Assembly: GCA_009914755.4 (NCBI GenBank)
Contig: CP086569.2
Location: 1,600,001-1,664,000, forward strand
Origin: the human T2T-CHM13v2.0 reference genome, Homo sapiens
Direction: 5' to 3'
Length of the DNA: 64,000 nt
Shown one piece after another: positions 53,935 through 64,000 of this stretch (its first letter is position 1; every line of letters starts with the position of its first letter). Made by a program: the position numbers and the translations under genes. The notes below the pieces were generated by a model. The model worked only from the letters and a program-made list of their open reading frames with translations, made no database searches and had not been told where the DNA came from.

Positions 53935-54420
53935 AGTCTATCTACTTATCTATTTATCTATGTATCTATCTATCTACTATCTATGTATCTATCTATCTAC
54001 TATCTATCTATATCTATGTATCTATTATCTATCTATATCTATGTATCTATGTATTATCTATCTATATCTATCTATGTATCTATCTCTATCTACCTATCTA
54101 TCATCTATGTATCTATTTATCTATCTAGCTATCTATGTGTGTATCTAGTATCTATCTATCTAGCTATGTATCTATGTATTATGTATCTATCTTCTATCTA
54201 TATCTATCTATCTATGTATCTATCTATCTCTATCTATCATCTATGTATCTCTCTATCTAGCTATCTATGTATCTAGTATCTATCTATCTGGCTATCTATG
54301 TATGTATCTATGTATTATCTATCTTCTATCTATCCATCCATATATCTATCATCAGTCAATCAATCCTTTCATCGCTGTATCGCTCTATCCAGGTATCTTA
54401 TCTATTTATTTTTCTCTTTC
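53935..54420 (-). repeat. (TATC)n/(TCTA)n-rich compound repeat, the inverse complement of the GATA array type ~650 bp upstream
   Basis: ctatctacttatctatttatctatgtatctatctatctactatctatgtatctatc... Confidence 0.9.
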
Positions 54421-54774
54421 TATATTTCTGTATCTCTAACTCATCTATATACAGTCATCCCTTGTTATCTGTGAGGGATTGGTTCCAGGACACACGACAG
54501 ATAATAGTAAAATTCATGGATGTGGCTGATAGAAAATGGTGTAGTATTTGCATATTAGCTATGCACATCCTTCCAAATACCTTCAATTGCCTCTATATTA
54601 CTTATAATACTTAATACAATGTAAGTGCTATGTAAATAGTTACTATACCATATTGTTCAGGGAATAATGTTTTAAAAAGTCTGTACATGTTCAGTACAGA
54701 TGCATTTTTTTCCAAATATTTTTCATCTGTGGTTGGTTGAATCCACGGATTTGGAAGCCACAGATATGAACAGC

Positions 54775-55405
54775 CAACTCTGTGTGAGTGTGTGGGTATA
54801 TATACATATGTATGTGTGTATACATGTATATGTATATATGTATGTGTGTATATGTGTATATATGTGCGTATAGATGTATGTGTGTATATATGTACATGTA
54901 TATATGTATGAGTGTATATATGTGTATATGTATATGTGCATTTATATGTATATATATGTGCATATATGTATGTGTATATATGTACACGTATATATGAGTA
55001 TATATGTGATTTGTATATATGTATGTGTATATATGTGCGTATGTATATGTATATGTGTGTATGTTTATATGTACATGTGTATATATGTACATGTGTGTAT
55101 ATATGTATATATGCATGTGTGTATATCTGTCTGCATGTACATGTATGTGTGTATATATGTATATGCACATATGTCTGCGTGTACATATGTGTGTATATAT
55201 GTATATGTTTATATGCACGTATGTACATGTATATATGTGTGTATATATGTACATGTATATATGTATGTGTGTATATATGTGTGTATATATGTATGTGTGT
55301 GCATATGTATGTGTATGTGTGTGTGTAGATATGTATATGTACGTGTGTATATATGTGTGAATATGTATGTGTGTATATATGTATATGTGTATTCGTGTAT
55401 GTATA
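54775..55405. repeat. (TG)n/(TA)n/(TGTATA)n low-complexity block (~630 bp), compositionally like 48521-48935
   Basis: tgtgtgagtgtgtgggtatatatacatatgtatgtgtgtatacatgtatatgtatatatgtatgtgtgtatatgtgtatatatgtgcgtatagatgtatgtgtg... Confidence 0.88.
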
Positions 55406-56261
55406 CACTACATTTATTCTATCTCATAATTATGTATAAAACATGTAAGACAGATGCTAATTGTTGCCGCTCACCTACCTACATTTTCTCTTTAAGAAAC
55501 ATACGGTTTCAGATTTTAAAATGAAACAGACTTGAAGCCATGTGGAAATTTTTGACTGAAGTTCTCCAGTGGCCAATTTCTGTTTAAAAAATGTAAAAAG
55601 ACCAAGGATTTCACACACTCCATCAGGCACCTAATAAAGAGACTCATGCATCTGTCAGTAACAGCAGCCCAGCAACCCAGCATTGCACGGTTAGAATATC
55701 TACTAGGAAGTGAAAAATAAATAACCGTTGTATCTGAACCTTTACAGGGTCTCAAACACCTGCCTGATTCACAATGGTGCATAATTCCAGTGATTTTCCA
55801 TTTATGAAGGTTCTTGGAGCACCTGGTCTCTCTTCCCTATGATCATGCAAAACCAGCTTTCAAAACCTTTTCATCGGCGGATTAAACAGATTCTCATTTC
55901 CCCTCTCCCTTAATACGTTCCAAGGTGTTTGAAAGAGTCGTGGATACATTTTAATTTTCTTAATCATAGTTTTGCGGCGAATTGTCACGTCACCGGGTTC
56001 ATTTGTTTGGAAGTGTATTGAAGCTTCCTCTTCTGTAACGTTATGAGATAATTGCTTTCTATCCAAATCCCATTCTGTGAATCCATGTGTCCAGTGGAGG
56101 GTGCCTGTACCCAAGCTAAGTTACTCTTTCAGCCCGGGAGGCTCTAAAATCCAAAGAATGCTTGCTTGTCTAAAACGTCCAGTTCAATATCTGGACCTTT
56201 GCTTTTTCTTTTCTTTTTTATTTTTAACCAGTAGCCTAGTTAGAAGGTCCCTTTCTCTTTA

Positions 56262-56875
56262 TTTTTATTTTACTTTAACTTCTGGGATACATGTGCAGAA
56301 TGTGCAGGTTCGCTACAGAGGTATACATGTGCCATGGTGGTTTGCTGTACCTGTGAACCCGTCATCTAGGTTTTAAGCCCTGCATGCATTAGATATTTGT
56401 CCTAATGCTCTCCCTCCCCTTGCCCCCCACCCCCTGACAGGCCCCTGTGTGTGATGTTCCCCTCCCTGTGTCCATGTGTTCTCATTGTTCAACTCCCACT
56501 TATGAGTGAGAACATGCAGTGTTTGGTTTTCTGTTCTTGTGTTAGTTTGCTGAGAATGATGGTTTCCAGCTTCATCCATGTCCCTGCAAAGGACATGAAC
56601 TCATTCTTTTTGATGGCTGCATAGTATTCCATGGTGTATATGTGCCACATTTCTTCATCCAGTCTATCATTGATGGACATTTGGGTTGGTTCCAAGTCTT
56701 TGCTATTGTGAATAGTGCTGCAATAAACATACGTGTGCATGTGTCTTTATAGTAAACTGATTTATAATCCTTTGGGTGTATACCCAGTAATGGGATTGCT
56801 GGGTCAAATGTATTTCTGGTTCTAGATCCTTGAGGAATCGCCACACTGTCTTCTACAATGGTTGAACTATTTTTC
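56262..56875 (-). mobile_element. L1 3'-terminal fragment (L1PA-like), 5'-truncated; an independent insertion from the 7796-8452 copy
   Basis: tttatttttattttactttaacttctgggatacatgtgcagaatgtgcaggttcgctacag...gtgagaacatgcagtgtttggttttctg...caataaacatacgtgtgcatgtgtctttatagtaaactgatttataatcctttgggtgtatacccagtaatgggattgctgggtcaaatg. Confidence 0.88.
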
Positions 56876-57129
56876 ATATCGTTTCTATTGCATAAGCACT
56901 TTCTTAAATAAAAAAAGTTTTATTCCTCCTTCCCAATATGTAGGCATTTTCTTAGCTTTTTTGAATTGCACTAGAGGGTCCTACAGTTTGCTTTTGTGTG
57001 AGACAGGACACTTTGCTGTGCTCCTGATCTTACCAGGAAGGCATTTAGCCCTTCCCTGCTAAGTATAATCAATAGCTGTCAGTTTGTAATGTGCTTTATA
57101 AGGTGGAAGAAATTGTCTCTATTCCTACT

Positions 57130-57132
57130 TTA

Positions 57133-57192
<60 letters not shown>
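57130..57192. repeat. (TA)n, ~31 perfect copies
   Basis: A pure atatat... run of ~62 bp. Confidence 0.95.
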
Positions 57193-57193
<1 letters not shown>

Positions 57194-57362
57194 AACATGA
57201 ATGTGTACATTTGTCAACTGTCTTTTTGGCATTTACTGTAATCATATGCTTTTAATTCTTTATTCTGTTGTCATGGTGAGTTACCTTGATCTGCTTCAAA
57301 GGCTGAGCCAACCCACATTTCTGGGATAGATTCTTTCCTTCCCCAACCCTTGGTCATGAAAT

Positions 57363-57473
57363 ATTCTCTTCTCCTCTCCTCTCTCCTCTCTTCTCCTCTC
57401 TCCTCTCCTCTCTCCTCTCCTCCCTCCTCTCCTCTCTCCTCTCCTCTCCTCTCCCCTCCCCTCTCCTCTCCTT
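57363..57473. repeat. (CTCCT)n/(CCTCT)n pyrimidine microsatellite
   Basis: tctcttctcctctcctctctcctctcttctcctctctcctctcctctctcctctcctccctcctctcctctctcc... Confidence 0.88.
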
Positions 57474-57476
57474 TTC

Positions 57477-57545
57477 GGTGTGTGATGTTCCCCTCCCTGT
57501 GTCCATGTGTTCTCATTGTTCAACTCCCACTTATGGGTGAGACTC
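57477..57545 (-). mobile_element. ~70-bp L1 fragment, a near-identical copy of 56453-56516
   Basis: gtgtgatgttcccctccctgtgtccatgtgttctcattgttcaactcccacttatgggtgagac compared with ...cccacttatgagtgagaac at 56.45 kb. Confidence 0.7.
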
Positions 57546-57576
57546 TCTTTTCTTTCTTTTCTTTTCATTTATGTTT

Positions 57577-57862
57577 TTGAGACGGAGTCTCACTCTTGTC
57601 ATCCAGGCTGGAGTGCAGTGGCGCGATCTCAGCCTCACTGCAACCTCCGCTTCCCGGATTCAAGCGATTCTCCTGCCTCAGCCTCCCGAGTAGCTGGAAT
57701 TACAGGCACCCAGCAGCACATCTTGCTAATTTTTGTTATTTTTAGTAGAGACGGGGTTTCGCCATGTTGACCAGGATGGTCTCAATCTCTTGACCTGGTG
57801 ACCCGCCTGTCTCGGCCTCCCAAAGTGTTGGGATGACAGGTGTGAGCCACTGCACCCGGCCA
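57577..57862 (-). mobile_element. Alu (antisense)
   Basis: gagacggagtctcactcttgtcatccaggctggagtgcagtggcgcgatctcagcctcactgcaacc...gtgtgagccactgcacccggcc. Confidence 0.9.
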
Positions 57863-58953
57863 ATACTATTGTTTTAGTACTGGTGGTATTAATCTGTCAA
57901 CATCTTGCGAAGCCAGCATTCCCTGGATACTAACACCAGACTAGGACATTGTCAGACTCTAAAACGAATGGCAAAGATTCCTCATGAGCAAATATACAAA
58001 AAGTCTTTAATATAATGGGCTGAGAAGTATATGCTTCCATTTTCTGGAAGCATTTCTATAGCATTGAGGTTTTTTTTTTCTTGAATAATTGGTAGAATTT
58101 ACCTGTACAGCTGTTTGGGGTTGGAGTTTTCTTTGGGAGTATTTAATGGCAAATTCATTTACCTTATTCGATATATAAGAGAGCAGTGAGTGAGCTGAGC
58201 CTCTTTCAAACCAGAACCCCTGTGGGATCCCAAGACCTTCCACTGAGCCAGATGCTGGAATCCACCTCAGTACCCCACGGAACTCAAAGAACAGGCTTAA
58301 ACAGTGAGAAAAACACCCTTTCGAGTCAGATTAAAAACTGGGACATTTCCATGTTTCTGTTTGACGCCATTTGGTGCGTGTATAAATATAATCTCAAGGG
58401 ATAACTTCCAGTTCCAGGCAGAGCAAAGGACCATGACGTCTCAGCCCAGAGAGAAAGGCTTTGAATATCTGCCATCCTCTCAGGAAAAAATAAAGGCGTT
58501 TTTCCATAGTTCCCTTCCGACTTATCTTCCCCTTGACATATTGCATCAAATGCTTTAAAATTTTATTTTTGGTGTTGGCTCATGACTCACATCCATGCTT
58601 CAATGTCTGAAATCTAATTAATATTCTCTGAGTCCCCCTGTTGAGTTAGCCTGAAGTCCCAGCCTTTGAGCAGTGCTCAGATGTTACAGGAAGAAGAAAG
58701 TAATCGAAACTTGGTGAGTTTGAGACACTTTTGAAATGTTCCTCTGCGTTTAGAGATCCTGCTAGTTCTCATCTCTTGCCAGTTCCAAAGTGTAACACAT
58801 TCTGCTTCCCTGAGCTAATAAAAATCAATTTCTGCTGCTCACAGTTTGTCTTTCTCAGAAAGACGGGTCTCAGGCTATTTGTCTTGGCCAGGTGCCACAG
58901 AAGTAACCGCAGGGAGAAACTGGTCTTGGATGTTCTGCCCGTAAGATTAGTCA

Positions 58954-59250
<297 letters not shown>

Positions 59251-59289
59251 ATTAATCATCTCCTGGGTTTTTTGTTTATTTTTATTTTT

Positions 59290-59580
59290 ATTTTTTTTGA
59301 TATGGAGTCTCACTCTCTGTCGCCCAGGCCGGAGTGCAGTGTCGCGATCTCAGCTCACTGCAACCTCCGCCACCCAGGTTCAAGCGATTCTCCTGACTCA
59401 GCCGCCTGACTAGCTGGGACTACAGGCACATGCCACCATACCTGGCTAATTTTTGTATTTTTAGCAGAGATGGGGTTTCACCATGTTGGCCAGGCTGGTC
59501 TCGAACTGCTGACCTCAAGATCCGCCCGCCTCAGCCTCCCCAAGTGTTGGGTTTACAGGCGTGAACCACTGTGCCTGGCC
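59290..59580 (-). mobile_element. Alu (antisense)
   Basis: tgatatggagtctcactctctgtcgcccaggccggagtgcagtgtcgcgatctcagctcactgcaacc...ggcgtgaaccactgtgcctggcc. Confidence 0.9.
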
Positions 59581-59659
59581 AGAATGATCTGGTTTTAAAC
59601 ATCAATACTGCTGAGGTTGAGAAAATCTTCTTTAGCATGAGAGACTCAGTCTACATATT

Positions 59660-60673
59660 CTCTCTCTGTCTTTCATCTGTCACTATTGTTACTATTCTAT
59701 CTGTTCATCTATCTATTAATATCTACATATCTTCTATATATCATCTATTATCTAACATCTACCTATATCTATATATCATGTATTATCACGTATCTATCCA
59801 TTGTCTATTTCTGTCATTTATCATTCTGTGTATTGATCATCTTTTTTTCTATCATCTATGTAACTCATCTATCATCTGTCATGTCTATCATCTATCTATT
59901 TTTCTATCATCTGTGCATTGATCGATCTAGCATCTATTATCCCTCTCTATCATCTATTGATCTATCTACATATCTATCCGTCTACCTACTTAGCATCTAT
60001 CTGTCATCTATTGGTCTTTCTACATATCTACCTACCTACCTACCTACTCAGCATCTATGTATCTGTGTATCCATCTATCATCTATTGATCTTCCTACATA
60101 TCTACTTACCTACCTACTCAGCATCTATGTATCTATCTATCATCTATTGATCTCTCTACATATCTACCTACTAACCTACTCAGCGTCTATGTATCTATGT
60201 ATCTATCTATCATCTATTGATCTCTCTACATATCTACCTACCTACCTACTCAGCGTCTATGTATCTTTGTATCTAGCTATCATCTATTGATCTATCTACA
60301 CATCTATCTACCTACTTAGCATCTATCATCTATTGACCTATCTATATATCTATCTACCTACCTACTCAGCATCTATTATCTATCATCTATCTATCATCTA
60401 TCTAATCTATCTATTGTCTATTGATCTATCTACACATCTATCTACCTACCTAGTTAGCATCTATCATCTGTTATCTATCTACATATGTGTCTACCTATCT
60501 ACTTAGCATCTATCTATCATCTATTGATCTATCTATATATCTATCTATCTACCTACTTAGCATCTATCTCTGTATCATCTATTGATCTATCTACATATCT
60601 ACCTACCTATCTACTTAGCATCTATCTATCACCTATTGGTCTATCTACATGTCTATATACCTACCTCCTTAGC

Positions 60674-60720
<47 letters not shown>

Positions 60721-60905
60721 ATCTATTGATCCATCTACTTGTCTATATACCTACCTCCTTAGCATCTATCTAATCTATCATCTGTCTATCTATCTATCTA
60801 TCCAGCTATCTCTCATCTATTTACCTAAGTATTCTCTCTCTCTCTCTCTCTCACTCTTGCTCTCTCCCCCTTGCTCTCTCCCTACTACCTATCTATTATA
60901 TATCT
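59660..60905 (-). repeat. (TATC)/(CATC)/(TACC)-rich compound repeat (~1.2 kb) with a ~62-bp higher-order unit; includes a pure (TATC)11 at ~60676-60720 and a (CT)n at ~60830-60860
   Basis: catctattgatct.tctacatatctacctacctacctactcagc.tctatgtatct.t.tatc.atctat recurs ~15 times between ~59990 and ~60790. Confidence 0.88.
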
Positions 60906-61194
60906 ATCTATGGCAGTTGCTAGCAACCAGGTACGATGTTTTGCCCTAGGGCACATTTGGCAATGTCTGAACATATTCTTGGTGTCACAAGGCTGTTTGG
61001 CACATCTTGTGTAATTATGAATTTCCCAGAACATAGGCTTTTATCAGGAAATCCTCATGGTTCTGCCCTCAGCATGTATCCCACAGGTGAGTACATTATG
61101 ACCTCTAGGGTGCCCAGTGAAGTCTCAGCCCTCCACCACACACCCTGTGCTTGACTTTTGAAGCCATCTCTTCCTGGTCTTTCTGCCTCTTACC

Positions 61195-61625
61195 TGACCC
61201 TTGGTCTATCAACTGTAGATAATCCTGGGGAATAATCATGCTGTTACCTGAGTGGGCTGCTTTGAAGAATGTGTCCCAAATCCATCCAACGGGAACCTCA
61301 GAATGTGACCTTATTCGGAAATAAGATTTTTGCTGAAGTGATGAGTTAACACAACATCATATTGGAGGTGCATGGGCCTTAAGTCCAATGACAGGTGTCC
61401 TCACAAGAGACAGAAGAGGAGACACAGACACAGACGAGGAGGCCACATGGACATGGCGGCAGAGACTGGAATGATGTGGCCACAAGCCCATGGATGCCTG
61501 CCACCCCCAGGAGCTGGGAGAGGCAGGAAGGATCCTCCCCTAGAACCTCCAGAGGGAGCTCAGCCCTGAGACACATTCAGTTCAGACTTGTGGTCTGCAG
61601 GACTGGGAGAGGATACATTTCTGTT
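61195..61625 (+). mobile_element. MaLR-type LTR, a paralogue of the 23222-23590 copy
   Basis: gaacctcagaatgtgaccttattcggaaataagatttttgctgaagtgatgagttaac...gggccttaagtccaatgacaggtgtcctcacaagagacagaagaggagacacagacacagacgaggaggccacatggacatgg...ggagctgggagaggcaggaaggatcctcccctagaacctccagagggagctcagccctga. Confidence 0.5.
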
Positions 61626-62545
61626 CTACCTGTCTGACTATCATCTATCTATCATCTCTATTTATCTATCACCTCTATCTATCTATCGTCTATCCCTCAT
61701 CTCCATCTATCTATTATCTATCGACCTATCATCAATCTATCATCTATTATCTATCTATGTATCTATCTATCCTTTCCATCTATCATGTCTATTTATCTAA
61801 CCTGTCTATTATCTATGTATCTCTCACCTCCATCTATTATCTATCGATCTATCATCTATCATCTATGTATCTCTCATCTCCATCTATTATCTATTATCTA
61901 TTGATCTATCATCGATCATGTGTTATCTGCCTATCTATCATCTATTATCTGTCTCTCATCTCCATCTATTATCTATCGATTTATCATTTATCTATCATCT
62001 ATTATGTGTCTATCTATCCTTTCCATCTATCATCTCTATTTATCTATCCTATCTATGTACCTCTCATCTCCATCTATTATCTATCGATCTATCATCCGTC
62101 TATCATCTATGTATCTCTCATCTCCATCTATTATCTATCGATCTATCATCTATCTATGATCTATGTATCTCTTATCTCCATCTGTCTATTATCTATCTAT
62201 TGCCTATTGATCCATCATTATCTGCCTATCTATCATCTATTATGTATGTATCACTCATCTCCATCTATTTTCTATAGATCTATCATGTATCTATCATCTA
62301 TTATGTATCTATCTATTATCTATGTATCTCTTATCTCCATCTATTATCTATTTTCTATAGATCTATCATCTATCTATCATCTATTATGTACGTATCTCTC
62401 ATCTCCATCTATTATCTATAGATCTATCATGTATCTATCTTCTATTATCTATCTATCTATCTATCTATCCTTTCCATCTGTCTATCATCTATTATCTATC
62501 TATCTATCTATCTACCCTTTCCATCTATCCATCATCTATCATTTA
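61625..62545 (-). repeat. (TATC)/(CATC)-rich compound repeat (~0.9 kb) with ~65-85-bp higher-order units
   Basis: ...ctctcatctccatctattatctatcgatctatcatc.atctatcatctat... recurs at ~61960, 62110, 62170, 62250, 62335 and 62400. Pure (TATC)n stretches occur at ~62450-62470 and ~62495-62515. Confidence 0.88.
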
Positions 62546-63003
62546 CTGTGGTGTCCCCAGGATCACCCCCTGGGCTCTCATCAACAATGAGAATGAATCC
62601 CAGTGGACATCCTTTTGTTCAGGGTCTCCGGACACCATCTCTGGACACCCTCCTCTTTTCTAACTCAAACTGCCACAGACCAAGATAAACATTTCAGCTG
62701 GAATTTCCACTTTGTGACCCTGGAGGAAGAATTTCCTATCCTTCAGGTCCCAGTCTTGATTTAGTCATTTCTGCTGGCTGATTGCTCTGTGATTTGTTAA
62801 TTACCCACTTGCTCTTCAGTGACCACAATTTAATCTCAACTTAACAGGGTCGCGCTCCATACTCAGACCTTGGCGGATGTTTTCTTACTGACCAAAGACT
62901 GGATTTCTCAGGCATGTGTTTTCAGACACTGCTCAGAATCTACAGGCAGGAATGGCAGAGCTAATTTCAGGTCTTAGGAGCTCAGCACAAAATTAGGTAG
63001 TGA

Positions 63004-63335
<332 letters not shown>

Positions 63336-63610
63336 CCAGAGTCAATTCTGATCATTCAGCGTGTAGAACAGCTCAGGAACCATGGATCTGGCTTGGTGTT
63401 TGCAGCCACCAGGTGCTTTCTCTATAGGCTGGTCCCCTTCCCATCTCTTCTTGTGGACTGGATTTGACCCCCTACCACCGCTCAGAGACACAGGTGGAAG
63501 CTCTGAGTCCACCATTACGACTGTATTTGGAGACAGGGTCTGTGAGGAGGTAACTGAGGTCAAATGTGATCATAAGTGTGGGGTTGTAACCTGGTAGAAT
63601 TGTGTCTTTA

Positions 63611-63998
<388 letters not shown>

Positions 63999-64000
63999 CA

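Noticed and set aside
54611-55524. 187-265-aa ORFs rich in Y/T/H/I or C/V/Y/M
   Set aside because: They are translations of the (TG/TA/TGTATA)n low-complexity block.
61757-62590. 277-aa plus-strand ORF
   Set aside because: It lies inside the TATC/CATC higher-order repeat array and is a low-complexity S/I/Y/L peptide.

Overview
This window is primate (human-type) nuclear DNA, not a prokaryotic locus. It carries more than 55 Alu elements in both orientations, many with intact A-tails and recognisable target-site duplications. It also carries several 3'-truncated L1 fragments and numerous MaLR/THE1-MST-type LTR fragments. I am confident of the families at the class level but not of exact subfamily names. 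Beyond these there is a hAT-like TIR element split by an Alu, and an unusually high density of tandem DNA. The tandem DNA comprises five minisatellites (60-bp, 17-bp, 30-bp, ~60-bp, and a 49-bp array inside an L1). It also includes kb-scale GATA/TATC arrays with higher-order periodicity, TG/TA low-complexity blocks, and long polypurine/polypyrimidine tracts. I found no convincing protein-coding gene, rRNA/tRNA, CRISPR array or CpG island. Essentially all ORFs in the supplied six-frame track are translations of Alu, microsatellite or minisatellite sequence, for example the 250-360 aa 'ORFs' across GATA and 30-bp arrays. The features worth a second look are structural. At least five local tandem duplications have an Alu-containing unit. 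There is a rearranged L1 with an inverted duplication and an internal VNTR. GATA and TATC arrays lie close together in inverted orientation. There are long H-DNA and Z-DNA-prone tracts, and a ~640-bp two-copy segmental tandem duplication. I could identify no undescribed biological system in the sense of a gene cluster; the window looks like gene-poor, VNTR-rich, possibly subtelomeric or heterochromatin-adjacent primate sequence.
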